The notes: generated by a model from the sequence alone, not told the origin. Shown: positions 29,069-38,256, counted from the stretch's first letter. The stretch is 64,000 nt of DNA from Marispirochaeta sp. (GCA_963676835.2 CAXXFF010000002.1:640001-704000); one strand, 5' to 3'. Program-made: numbers and translations.

Positions 29069-29106
29069 CCCCTTCTCCTTCTGGGAGAAGGGACAGGGAT
29101 GAGGGG
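29069..29106. repeat. Single REP-like element related to 27184-27268
   Basis: CCCCTTCTCC-TTCTG-GGAGAAGGG hairpin followed by ACAGGGATGAGGGG tail. Confidence 0.65.
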
Positions 29107-29203
29107 CGGATTTAACGCAGGCTGCTGAAATAAAGCAATAATTAACGTCTTCAATGGAAAGCGCGAAGCTCAGGCTGCTAATCACTTAAGATTTTCACGA
29201 ATA

Positions 29204-29232
29204 TTGCCTGCTAAAATGATATTGCGTATTAT
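29204..29232 (+). promoter_or_regulatory. Sigma70-type promoter for hicBA
   Basis: TTGCCT-N17-TATTAT upstream of GGAGG SD and ATG 29269. Confidence 0.6.
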
Positions 29233-29268
29233 GAAGTAGAAGGGAATTTGAAACCGGGAGGACTTTAA

Positions 29269-29478
29269 ATGAACACATATACTGCTATTATTGAACGGGA
29301 CGGTGAATGGTATTTCGGGTTTACTCCGGAAGTCCCGGGGGCTAATGGGCAGGGGCGAACCGTTGAAGAGTGTAAAAAAAATCTTGCCGAAGCAATATCG
29401 CTTATTCTCGAAGACCTTCGTGACGACTATTCCCGTGGCTTACCAGACGATGCGATTAAAGAGACCATTACTACGTGA
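29269..29478 (+). CDS. hicB: HicB-family antitoxin (short form, no DNA-binding domain)
   Basis: YTAIIE..PEVPGANGQGRTVEECKKNLAEAISL, 69 aa. Confidence 0.9.
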   Translation: MNTYTAIIERDGEWYFGFTPEVPGANGQGRTVEECKKNLAEAISLILEDLRDDYSRGLPDDAIKETITT

Positions 29479-29666
29479 AACGAACTGCTTTTCTTAAGCA
29501 TTTACGCAAACATCGTTGTTATTTAAAAAGGGAAGGCTCTGCACATTCGCTATGGATTAATTCTGCCAATGGTGCGATTCAGGCGATACCGAGGCATTCT
29601 GAACTATCGGATGCCCTGTGCCGGAAAATATGTAAAGACATGAAAATCCCATTCACCAGATCTTGA
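29475..29666 (+). CDS. hicA: HicA-family mRNA interferase toxin
   Basis: REGSAHSLW (catalytic His), IPRHSEL, KICK; 63 aa; GTGA overlap with hicB. Confidence 0.9.
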   Translation: MKRTAFLKHLRKHRCYLKREGSAHSLWINSANGAIQAIPRHSELSDALCRKICKDMKIPFTRS

Positions 29667-29720
29667 GGTGTTGCCTGTTGTTCCCGGCAATTTTTACAGA
29701 GTATATGAATTTTCTCCAGC

Positions 29721-29843
29721 GGTGATGTTCAGAGGATCTACGCGGATATCAGCAAGGCTAGGGAATTTTTTAGGTACAGTCCTTCAACATTGCGCAAAGA
29801 AGGAATCCCAAAATACGTTGAGTGGTATCGGAAGCAGGACTAG
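29721..29843 (+). pseudogene. Relic 3' end of a second, diverged epimerase allele
   Basis: Translates GDVQRIYADISKAREFFRYSPSTLRKEGIPKYVEWYRKQD*, colinear with 28931-29053. Confidence 0.9.
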
Positions 29844-30955
29844 TCCTGCTGCTCTTCCTCTTTTTCTGATTTCTCCGAATCAAGGCGGACCATGTGTTTC
29901 TGTATATGCTTGTTTGTATAGTGAATAAAGGTAAAAAACAGACTGACTATTACTACGGCATTTAAAAACAGCAGCGTACCCAGTTCCTGTGAGTGCAGAG
30001 TCAATGATACTGCAATTGCACAGAGGCTGAACTGAAGAAAGTAAATTATTCCCAGAAGGCTTTTGCTGGTGAAGCCAAGATTCAGTAGCTTGTGATGGAT
30101 ATGTCCCCGGTCAGGTGAGAAGATACTCTTCTTGTCCCGCAGGCGTCTCCAGATTGCAGCAATAGTATCACTGATAGGGATTGCAAGTATTACCATTGCA
30201 TGGGCCAGTGAAATGCTGGTTCTCGCATCACCCTCTCCCTGGTCTATCAGGGGTAGAACGGCAACCATAAATCCCAGAAACTGGCTGCCGCCGTCGCCCA
30301 TAAAGAGTTTTGCCGGTGGCAGGTTGAATACAAGAAAGCCGCAGATTGCACCGGTAAGGGTAAAACTGCCCAGCGCTGCCTGATAATTGCCTTTCATCAG
30401 AAACAGTATGCCGAAGGTCGCAGCAGAGAAAGCCATAAGTCCGCCGGCAAGACCGTCGGAGCCGTCAATCATATTAACCGCGTTTATAACACCGATAATC
30501 CAGAACAGGGTTAAGGGGTAACTGAACCAGCCGAAATTGATTGAATCAGGGACAAAGGGGAGTCCAAGTTTTTTGAAGGTGAAGTTTGCTATAAGTACCA
30601 AAAGTGCGGCAACCAGCTGAATAATAATCTTGTTGTGAGCATGCAGGTTGCGCAGATCATCGATAACGCCGAAGGTAAAAATAATAAGCCCTGCAATCAT
30701 TACCAGGAAAAATCTGAAACCCCACGATTCGGGACCCAGGTGAGCATTTCGCAGCACAAAGGTAAAAATGCCTACGGTAATTGAAAATGCAATAAAAAAT
30801 CCAAGCCCTCCAAGGCGTGAAACCTGTCCGGAATGGATTTTGCGGTGGTCCGGATCATCATACCACCCCATTTTGTGAGACAGTTTGACAATCAAAGGCA
30901 TGGAAATGAGGGCGAGTATAAATGCCGTTAGCGGCGATAGTATCAGGCTATACAT
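29840..30955 (-). CDS. wecA: Undecaprenyl-phosphate HexNAc-1-phosphate transferase (WecA/TagO, MraY family)
   Basis: RKIH, GVIDD, NAVNMIDGSDGLA, FMGDGGS, DRGHIHH. Confidence 0.9.
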   Translation of the reverse strand: MYSLILSPLTAFILALISMPLIVKLSHKMGWYDDPDHRKIHSGQVSRLGGLGFFIAFSITVGIFTFVLRNAHLGPESWGFRFFLVMIAGLIIFTFGVIDDLRNLHAHNKIIIQLVAALLVLIANFTFKKLGLPFVPDSINFGWFSYPLTLFWIIGVINAVNMIDGSDGLAGGLMAFSAATFGILFLMKGNYQAALGSFTLTGAICGFLVFNLPPAKLFMGDGGSQFLGFMVAVLPLIDQGEGDARTSISLAHAMVILAIPISDTIAAIWRRLRDKKSIFSPDRGHIHHKLLNLGFTSKSLLGIIYFLQFSLCAIAVSLTLHSQELGTLLFLNAVVIVSLFFTFIHYTNKHIQKHMVRLDSEKSEKEEEQQD

Positions 30956-30966
30956 GAAATTTCCTT

Positions 30967-32085
30967 CTATTCCTTTAACACAATATCGGCCGTTTGAAGG
31001 TACTTGTTAATAACTATCTGCTCATCATACTTATCTATTATCATTTCACGGGATGCGGTTCCCATTTTGTCTATTTCATCACTGGAAAGTTGAAGCATCA
31101 GTTCCATTTTTTGTGCAAGATCCTGCCAGTCTGCCGGACGGCAAAGAAAACCATTTATACCATCCATAACAGGCTCCCGTGTTCCGACAGAATCCGCGGC
31201 TATCAGGGGCTTAGCCATGGATGCTGCTTCAAGCAGGGACCGTGGAGTTCCTTCTCTGTATTTAGACGGCAGCACGCAGCAGTCTGCCTGGGCAATGGCA
31301 AGCTGTATATTATCTGTTGGTCCCGGGAGCTCAATTATCTTTTCTTCTGCAGCACTTTTCAACAGATTGATGTCGGCAGAATAAGGATCGTTGCTGTTGT
31401 AGGGTCCGACCAGCACAAAGCGTACCTCAGGAAAAGAGGGTTTTAGCCTTCGGGCTGCTTGTACAAAATCTTCAACTCCTTTTGATTTCAATAGTCGGCC
31501 GATAAACATAAAGCAAAATGGTCCTTCGGGGCGGGGTATAGGTTTAAACCGCTCAGGATCAACACCTGAACCTGGAAGCAGATCTGCCTGCTCTTTTCTG
31601 ATCAGATTACTTTCAAGAAAAAGGGCCATATCGTCTTTATTTTGAAAAAATACCCGGTTTACTCTGGAAAAAGCAGTTCTGTAGAGTCCTTTGACAAGCT
31701 CCTGCATCAGACCAGGTTTTTCGAAGACTGTTCCGAGACCGGTTATGTTATTAACAACCGGAATCCGAAGTTTTTTTGCTGCAAGTGACCCGTAAATGTT
31801 GGGTTTAATTGTGTATTGGAGAATCAGTGAAGGCTTGAGCTCCCGGTATATCCGGCGATACTGCATGAGGGTTGCGAAATCTTTTAATGGATTGATACCT
31901 TTTGCGTCAATACTGATGTTCTGGTATCCCAATCCCATGTCTGTGAGCTTTTCTGTATATTCATCCCGGGGTGCTACAATAGTGATTCTATAGCCCCTGG
32001 CAAGCAGGGCATTTATAAGAGGGCGCCGGGTGTTCCAGATATACCAGCAGCCGTTGTAGGATATAACAATGTGTGGAGCTTCCAT
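30967..32085 (-). CDS. Glycosyltransferase family 4 (PglA/CapM-like)
   Basis: TIKPNIYG, NITGLG, FQNKDD, GRLLKSKG, REGTPRSLLEA. Confidence 0.93.
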   Translation of the reverse strand: MEAPHIVISYNGCWYIWNTRRPLINALLARGYRITIVAPRDEYTEKLTDMGLGYQNISIDAKGINPLKDFATLMQYRRIYRELKPSLILQYTIKPNIYGSLAAKKLRIPVVNNITGLGTVFEKPGLMQELVKGLYRTAFSRVNRVFFQNKDDMALFLESNLIRKEQADLLPGSGVDPERFKPIPRPEGPFCFMFIGRLLKSKGVEDFVQAARRLKPSFPEVRFVLVGPYNSNDPYSADINLLKSAAEEKIIELPGPTDNIQLAIAQADCCVLPSKYREGTPRSLLEAASMAKPLIAADSVGTREPVMDGINGFLCRPADWQDLAQKMELMLQLSSDEIDKMGTASREMIIDKYDEQIVINKYLQTADIVLKE

Positions 32086-33223
32086 GTTCAGTTTACTATC
32101 TCATAAAATAACAGCATTGGGAAAGAGTCTGTTATTTCTTGGATTGGTAAGCCTTATACTTTCCTGTGTAAGCGAAACCTGGGGAAACAGTTCGGATGAA
32201 TTTATTCCCCAGCGGGAAATACTGCTATCGGTGATTGATTCTCATCGGCAGGCGGGGATTGCAGAACAGCGGACACTGCTGCATTCAATGTTTCCCGAAA
32301 GAAAAATAATGACTACTCCAGACAGCGTTCTTGCGCATAGGGCGGAACGAGGGGAGCTCAATATTGCCAGCGCTGCCTGGTGGGGATGGAGCGGAAGTAA
32401 TGCTACAGAGATTCTGCAGCAGGCATTTTCCACCCGGCTGGATATCCTGGTTGTTCCTGCAATGGATGGTCCCTGGTTTTGTGATCCCCTTACAATTGAT
32501 GGCCCGAAACAGATAATTTTTGAACCAGGGGCAGAGCTTTCTGCTATAGAAGGCGGATTTCATAATCAGCGGGAATCCCTGGTAACATTGTTCCGGCAGT
32601 CCGGGGTCCAGATGACGGGCTATGGTGCCTGTTTGAGCATGAACCGTGATGATTATTCGCGGAAACCCTACGAATGGTCCCAATGGCGGCATGCTCTGGC
32701 TCTGCTTGAGTCTCAGGATATTGTAATCGAAGGATTCACCATTAAAGAGTCCGGCGGCGACGGCGTGTATGTCGGGCAGAAAAAAGGCGGATTCATTCCC
32801 AGGAATATTCACCTGAAAGATCTGTACCTGCTGGATAACTACCGCCAGGGAGTTTCTGTTATTTCGGCTGACGGATTTCTCCTGGACCATTGTTATATTT
32901 CCGGAACCAGGGGTACTCCGCCTATGGCGGCAATTGATTTTGAGCCCAACAGCGGCCTCTACGGCCTGACAGCCTGTACGGTCTCCCGCTCTCTGTTTGA
33001 AAAGAATTCCGGTGCAGCCCTTACCATTCATCTGCCCAATGTTTCAGGGTACCACCCCCCGGTTTCAATCAGTATTGAGGATTCCTGTATTCTGGGATAT
33101 CCCTTGTCTGCCTGGATCCATGGTTTCGGGAATGGGGTAAACGGCAGGTTGTCTTTCAGCAACTGTCTGGTCCGGGGAATAGGCCTTACCGGACGTTCAA
33201 AGAATTTTACCATTAGCCGCTAG
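32084..33223 (+). CDS. Right-handed beta-helix (pectin-lyase-like) protein, probable lipoprotein
   Basis: LILSC lipobox; ESGGDGVYVG, NYRQGVSVI, IDFEPN; start uncertain (ATG 32084 or TTG 32117). Confidence 0.75.
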   Translation: MFSLLSHKITALGKSLLFLGLVSLILSCVSETWGNSSDEFIPQREILLSVIDSHRQAGIAEQRTLLHSMFPERKIMTTPDSVLAHRAERGELNIASAAWWGWSGSNATEILQQAFSTRLDILVVPAMDGPWFCDPLTIDGPKQIIFEPGAELSAIEGGFHNQRESLVTLFRQSGVQMTGYGACLSMNRDDYSRKPYEWSQWRHALALLESQDIVIEGFTIKESGGDGVYVGQKKGGFIPRNIHLKDLYLLDNYRQGVSVISADGFLLDHCYISGTRGTPPMAAIDFEPNSGLYGLTACTVSRSLFEKNSGAALTIHLPNVSGYHPPVSISIEDSCILGYPLSAWIHGFGNGVNGRLSFSNCLVRGIGLTGRSKNFTISR

Positions 33224-33314
33224 TGTGGTAATATTTTGTCTGACTATGGAAAAGTTTCCGGTTTTCTGTAATAGTAGCACACTGTAAAAAGGTACCGTTC
33301 CAAGGAGATTCCCT

Positions 33315-34979
33315 ATGCGCCGCATTCTTGTATTTTGTCTTTTAATTCTGCCGGTGGCAGTATTTGCCCTGAATATAACTGACCCGCTGGCCGACATATA
33401 TGACGATGTTCAGGTGTGGTATGAAGCCGGCCTTGTGTACGAGGTGCCTTCCCTGCGTCCGTATCCGGCCCAGGTGATGGTTAAGGTTCTTGAGGATGTA
33501 ATTGAGAACTCCGCCACGCCTGCAGCGGAACGGAAGCGGGCGGAAGCATACCTTACGGAGCTTACAGGTACCGACATCGACCTTGTCTGGGGCGGTGAAG
33601 CCCAGCTGAAAAGCGGCGAGGATGAAGAGTATTTGTGGGGAATTCTTGGAATTGAGTACAATACCTGGTTCAATGACTATATTGCCCTGAACGGGGAATG
33701 GCTTGCCATGGGCAAATACGAAGGCACCGGCTATTATGCCGCCGGAGAGAAAAGTCCCCTGGACAGCTTCGACGATAATGCCGAGGCGAATATCAAGGGA
33801 CGAACCATAGAACTGCGGCAGATTCTGACCAATTCCTTCAGCGTCGGTACTGACAGCCTCTACCTGCAGGCGGGAATCCACCGCAGTTCCTACGGCCCTG
33901 TTTTTGACAACGGAGCCGTTCTCGGCGGCTATGCCCATTCGGCCCCCACCTTTGACGTGGTGTATGACAACGGCGGGATGTTCGGCCTGACAACCACCTA
34001 CATGGATCTTACCGCCACTGACTATTACGGCGATGTTTATGATCCCTATCCGGACAAACATATGGTCATGCAGACCTATACCTACCGTCCCAACGACTGG
34101 ATGGAGTTTGAGTTTCTCCAGACTATTGTCTACGGGAACCGCTTCGACCTGACCTATTTTGTTCCCTTCAGCTTCCTCTTCTATAATCAGAACTTTACCG
34201 GCTACGAAGACAACAGCCTCATGGGGCTCTCCATGGCTCTGGACCTGCCCAATATGATCGGCGTCAATTCCATGCTTTATATCGATGATGCCCACTTCAA
34301 CGATCTTATAAGGGGTAATTTCGAGACCATGTTCAAGGCTGCCATCGAAACCGAGGTTACCTGGACCCCCATGCAGGATTATCTGCGGCGGGTTTCTCTG
34401 GATTATCTGGCTATTATGCCCTATACCTTTGCCCATAAGAGTGACCGGTATGATGATGAGATATATCCTTCTTCAAATGCAGCGGAATATGAAGCATGGT
34501 TGTCTGAAAATGCCAACTATCTGAACTATACCACCTACGGTGAAGCTCTGGGCGCGGTACTGGATCCCAACTCGGACCGGCTTACCCTTAAGTACTCCAT
34601 GCGACCCCTGCCCGAGCTGGATGTCAGCTTTATCGGGCGCATGATCCGTCACGGCAATCCCAGTGAGGATGAAGCAAATACAGTTCATGATATTTATAAT
34701 GATGGTACTATTTTTGATGACGGCTACGATGAAAACGAGGACCACTCCTTCAAGGAGTTCAAATTTCTCACTCAGGATGCTATCGAGTACACCCTGGTAG
34801 GCGGCTTTGATGCCACCTACACCTTCGACCTGGAACCCCACAGGCTCTCCCTGCTGCTTGGCTACCGGCTTGAGCATATCCGCAACCAGCGGAATGCTTC
34901 TACGGGAACACCGGTCATGGGGAACAACGAAACCAACCACTACGTAATGGGCGGATTTATCTACTCCTACTCATTCTAG
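33315..34979 (+). CDS. Outer-membrane beta-barrel, capsule assembly Wzi-like
   Basis: Signal peptide, LRPY N-terminal motif, DNSLMG, terminal YSYSF; AAGGAG SD. Confidence 0.6.
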   Translation: MRRILVFCLLILPVAVFALNITDPLADIYDDVQVWYEAGLVYEVPSLRPYPAQVMVKVLEDVIENSATPAAERKRAEAYLTELTGTDIDLVWGGEAQLKSGEDEEYLWGILGIEYNTWFNDYIALNGEWLAMGKYEGTGYYAAGEKSPLDSFDDNAEANIKGRTIELRQILTNSFSVGTDSLYLQAGIHRSSYGPVFDNGAVLGGYAHSAPTFDVVYDNGGMFGLTTTYMDLTATDYYGDVYDPYPDKHMVMQTYTYRPNDWMEFEFLQTIVYGNRFDLTYFVPFSFLFYNQNFTGYEDNSLMGLSMALDLPNMIGVNSMLYIDDAHFNDLIRGNFETMFKAAIETEVTWTPMQDYLRRVSLDYLAIMPYTFAHKSDRYDDEIYPSSNAAEYEAWLSENANYLNYTTYGEALGAVLDPNSDRLTLKYSMRPLPELDVSFIGRMIRHGNPSEDEANTVHDIYNDGTIFDDGYDENEDHSFKEFKFLTQDAIEYTLVGGFDATYTFDLEPHRLSLLLGYRLEHIRNQRNASTGTPVMGNNETNHYVMGGFIYSYSF

Positions 34980-34996
34980 TTTTAACGGATACTTCC

Positions 34997-36721
34997 ATGA
35001 AGAAAAAAGTCCTCGTACTGACTGCCGTCCTTTACTGGACGGCAGCGGCGTTTGCCCAGAACTTTCAGACTGTTATTCCCTATGATTCGACACAAGTCAG
35101 TAATCTCACTCTTCTCTACCGGGAATTAGGGTTGGTTCTGCCTTCGGATACCGCACCCTGGACGGAGGCGGAGTTCCTTATCATGCTGGACCGGGTGCAG
35201 CGCCGCAGCGGAGAGCTGAGCCGTACTGGTAAGGATTTACTTGCAGGTTTGAGAGAAAGCCTTAAGAAAGATCCCGTGTACAGTGAATCCGGCGGCGATT
35301 TCGCGGCGGATATCAGCTTTGATGTTGCCCTGGAAGGCTATCTGGGGCTTATCGGCGAGAAGGATGAGCGTACCTGGGTCCGGGGCTACGGTGAGCGGGA
35401 ACCCCTTTTCTATATGCCCGCCGAGACCTGGTTTTACGACAGCTTCTATGCGAAGACCAGCCTGACCATTCAGCAGGATTACCTGGCGGTCTTAGGCGAG
35501 CAGGGGAGCGGCACCACCCTGCCGACGGAGTTCAACTTCATCGACAGCAACTACCCCTATCATACGGCCCTCTCCTGGGGGGGCGACCATTGGAACCTGC
35601 GTTTTGCCCGGGAGTCTCTCAACTGGGGCAGCGGAAAAACGGGTAACCTGCTGATCGGTGCCAACGGGGTTTCCCATGATTTTATTGAAGCCACAACTTT
35701 CTGGGAGCGTTTCAAGTTCACCTTTCTCTGGCTGGGAATGGCTAACTATTCATGGTGGGATGATGCAAATGATAATGGGGTTGTCGATGCCGGAGAGATC
35801 GAGACCTATACTGTAGGCGGTCAAACATTTTATAAACCTGTTTACGAAAATAAGAGTGACTTCTTTTCAGCATTCTCCAGTCAGGAGAATCTGCGTCATT
35901 TTCTGGCCCACCGCATGGAGTTTCGTTTTACCGATAAATTCAACTTTACCTTTACCGAAGCGGTTATGTACCAGGACCCTTCCTTTCAGTTTCGCTACCT
36001 CAACCCCATGATGGCTTTTCATAACTGGTACCAGACCGGCAGTGCCAACTACTTCATTACCCTGGAAGGTGATTATCAGGTGCTGCCCGGGCTTCGGCTT
36101 TATGGTCAGTTTCTGGGAGACCAGATTGCATTTTATTTCAACCGCCAGGACGGAACCTACTCCGATGTTCCTCCTGCCATGGGATACCTGGCAGGAATTG
36201 ATTTTTCCCGGGAACTTTCAGGGGGGTATCTCTACGGCGGGCTGGAGTGGGTGAAGCTCGATCCCTACAACTACATCGACCGCTCCGGAATCAATCTCTG
36301 GTATGAGCAGTGGATTATGAGCAATTACATAGGCGGTCATCCGGTGCTGGTCATCCAGCCCCTGGGCTATGAAAAAGGTCCGGATTCCATGACTTTTTAC
36401 GGGGAGATCGGCTACAAAGTGCCGGAAGTCTGGGAGGCGAAGCTCAGCTGTGATTACTCTCTGAAAGGTGAAAACGAGATTACCACCGAGTGGTCCGATG
36501 ATGAGGGTGAGGCTGAGAAAACCACTCCGTCAGGTTCCAATCCCATCCAGAATCTCACCCTTACCCTGGGAGGCAGTCTCTGCGGCCAGGTGGTGAATCT
36601 GCCGGAGGATATGACTCTGGGGAGCAGCATCAGCTGGATTTATATTAACAACTATGATCACATAAAGAACAAGAAGATTTACGATCTGCAGCTTTCCGCA
36701 TCCGTTTCTTTTCAATTCTGA
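34997..36721 (+). CDS. Outer-membrane beta-barrel, Wzi-like (second paralogue)
   Basis: Signal peptide, PWT motif, AHRMEF..EAVMY..YLNP, LYGQFLGD, GPDS, terminal SFQF. Confidence 0.65.
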   Translation: MKKKVLVLTAVLYWTAAAFAQNFQTVIPYDSTQVSNLTLLYRELGLVLPSDTAPWTEAEFLIMLDRVQRRSGELSRTGKDLLAGLRESLKKDPVYSESGGDFAADISFDVALEGYLGLIGEKDERTWVRGYGEREPLFYMPAETWFYDSFYAKTSLTIQQDYLAVLGEQGSGTTLPTEFNFIDSNYPYHTALSWGGDHWNLRFARESLNWGSGKTGNLLIGANGVSHDFIEATTFWERFKFTFLWLGMANYSWWDDANDNGVVDAGEIETYTVGGQTFYKPVYENKSDFFSAFSSQENLRHFLAHRMEFRFTDKFNFTFTEAVMYQDPSFQFRYLNPMMAFHNWYQTGSANYFITLEGDYQVLPGLRLYGQFLGDQIAFYFNRQDGTYSDVPPAMGYLAGIDFSRELSGGYLYGGLEWVKLDPYNYIDRSGINLWYEQWIMSNYIGGHPVLVIQPLGYEKGPDSMTFYGEIGYKVPEVWEAKLSCDYSLKGENEITTEWSDDEGEAEKTTPSGSNPIQNLTLTLGGSLCGQVVNLPEDMTLGSSISWIYINNYDHIKNKKIYDLQLSASVSFQF

Positions 36722-36789
36722 CCCGGATATTAGTATATTAACCACAAGGAAACACTATGTTTCCGTCAACTTATATCCGGAGGTTTCAC

Positions 36790-37014
36790 ATGAAGAAAAA
36801 CATGGGCCTTATGGACAGGGGAATACGTATTCTCCTTGGCCTTGTTGTAGTTGTTCTATACGTTAACCAGCTGATTTCCGGTGTTGCTGCAGTAATTCTT
36901 GGAATAATTGCGGTTGTTTTTTTCCTCACCGGTCTCATCGGTTTCTGCCCCCTCTATGTTCCCCTCAAAATTGACACGGGAACAAACAAGGACTATAGCG
37001 GCGACGAGGAATAG
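36790..37014 (+). CDS. DUF2892/YgaP-like small membrane protein
   Basis: KNMGLMDRGIRILLG..TGLIGFCPLY; GGAGG SD before ATG 36790. Confidence 0.85.
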   Translation: MKKNMGLMDRGIRILLGLVVVVLYVNQLISGVAAVILGIIAVVFFLTGLIGFCPLYVPLKIDTGTNKDYSGDEE

Positions 37015-37049
37015 CCGTTATAGTAAACCGGTAGAAAGGTGGTCTCCCG

Positions 37050-38135
37050 GTGGATATTATCAAGGACCTTCCCCGGGGCGCCGTACTGCACTCGTACAGC
37101 GCTCTGGATTACTATTATTCAGGAACCCTCTCAAATCCTCTTCATATACGTTTTGCAGGCTCTCTAGCAGATATTGCCCGGGGGTTTGATAATGTCGATT
37201 TTCCCGGCATGGAAGGCTGTGATGCAGCCGCAGGCTTTGATGAATACACCTGTCTTATCAGTTGTATAGATGAAGATGAGCCGGTACGCCGGGAGCCGTT
37301 TACTCTGCAGAACTTCAGCTACAATCCCCACCGCGGGGTGTTTCTCGATCCCTTTAACGTGTATGAGGATGTAAAATCCCGCAGACTTCGGCTGTTTGAT
37401 GAGTCTGCTCTTGATGAGAGAATGGTACTTGCCGGAGCTGTACTCTCATCACGCTACGCCCCCTGGGATGAGGAGTATTACCGCGATGCTCCGGTTCAGT
37501 GGAGCAATTTCAGCACCCTGGAGCAGCGGTTTCTTCTGGAGCAGATCCTCCAGGGGAAGCATGCTCATCGGGGACTGAAGGTTCTCATGGATACCGGTTT
37601 TATCCATAAGTTCTGGCCGGAGCTTGCCTCCATGGGCGGGATTGATCATGCCAAGGAACACCACCCGGAAGGGGATGTCTGGCAGCATACCCTGGAGACT
37701 TTCCGCTATCGGAAAACCACCGATTTTGCTCTTTCTCTGGGACTTTTACTCCACGATGCCGGAAAACCGGAAGCACGGCGGGGCAACGGAAATGCCTTTG
37801 ACCAGCATGCCCAGATCGGAGCTTCCATGGCGCGGCGATTTGTCTCCCGTCTGGGCTTTGACAATGAAATTCTCAGCGAAACTGAGTTTCTGGTACGGGA
37901 ACATATGCTGCCGGCTTTTATTCCGAAACTGCCGGCCTACCGCACGGAAAAGGCGATGTCCTCCCCCTGGTTTCCCAAACTGCTGGAGCTTTACAGATGC
38001 GACCTCTCTTCAACTTTCCGGGGGCCTGATGCCTACTATGAAGCCTGTAAAACCTATCGCCGTTTTCTCAAATATAAGAAAAATCCCTTCCGGACTGCAG
38101 AAGGAAAAAAGCAGCTGCGGCTGTTTGTCGAATAA
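37050..38135 (+). CDS. HD-domain protein related to CCA-adding/poly(A) polymerases, degenerate N-terminal head
   Basis: HHPEGDVWQHT, LLHDAGKP, HAQIGA, REHM; no GGxVRD/DxD motif. Confidence 0.8.
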   Translation: MDIIKDLPRGAVLHSYSALDYYYSGTLSNPLHIRFAGSLADIARGFDNVDFPGMEGCDAAAGFDEYTCLISCIDEDEPVRREPFTLQNFSYNPHRGVFLDPFNVYEDVKSRRLRLFDESALDERMVLAGAVLSSRYAPWDEEYYRDAPVQWSNFSTLEQRFLLEQILQGKHAHRGLKVLMDTGFIHKFWPELASMGGIDHAKEHHPEGDVWQHTLETFRYRKTTDFALSLGLLLHDAGKPEARRGNGNAFDQHAQIGASMARRFVSRLGFDNEILSETEFLVREHMLPAFIPKLPAYRTEKAMSSPWFPKLLELYRCDLSSTFRGPDAYYEACKTYRRFLKYKKNPFRTAEGKKQLRLFVE

Positions 38136-38189
38136 TTGCCTTTCCCTGGAGTCCCCGTCAGGTTCTTGTGAATAAAGCACCTGTTTTTA

Positions 38190-38218
38190 TTGACATATTC
38201 TTAAACTAACTCTAATCT
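38190..38218 (+). promoter_or_regulatory. Sigma70 promoter for DapA-like gene
   Basis: TTGACA-N17-TAATCT. Confidence 0.7.
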
Positions 38219-38236
38219 ATTCTTCAGGAGAAACAG

Positions 38237-38256
38237 ATATCTGATACATCAGATAT
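38237..38256. promoter_or_regulatory. Palindromic operator candidate
   Basis: ATATCTGAT-AC-ATCAGATAT just downstream of the promoter. Confidence 0.65.

Larger units (their letters stand above)
29054..29843. mobile_element. 790-bp toxin-antitoxin islet bounded by the duplicated epimerase 3' end
   Basis: Flanking direct repeats enclose a REP-like hairpin, hicB, hicA and a gene relic; no integrase or transposase inside. Confidence 0.6.

Noticed and set aside
29668..29928. 86-aa ORF after hicA
   Set aside because: Runs out of frame across the epimerase relic and into wecA; better explained as the relic
33342..34436. 364-aa antisense ORF, and similar antisense ORFs such as 32285-33031 and 60391-61224
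   Set aside because: Shadow frames of well-supported genes with GC-biased codons; no motifs or SD
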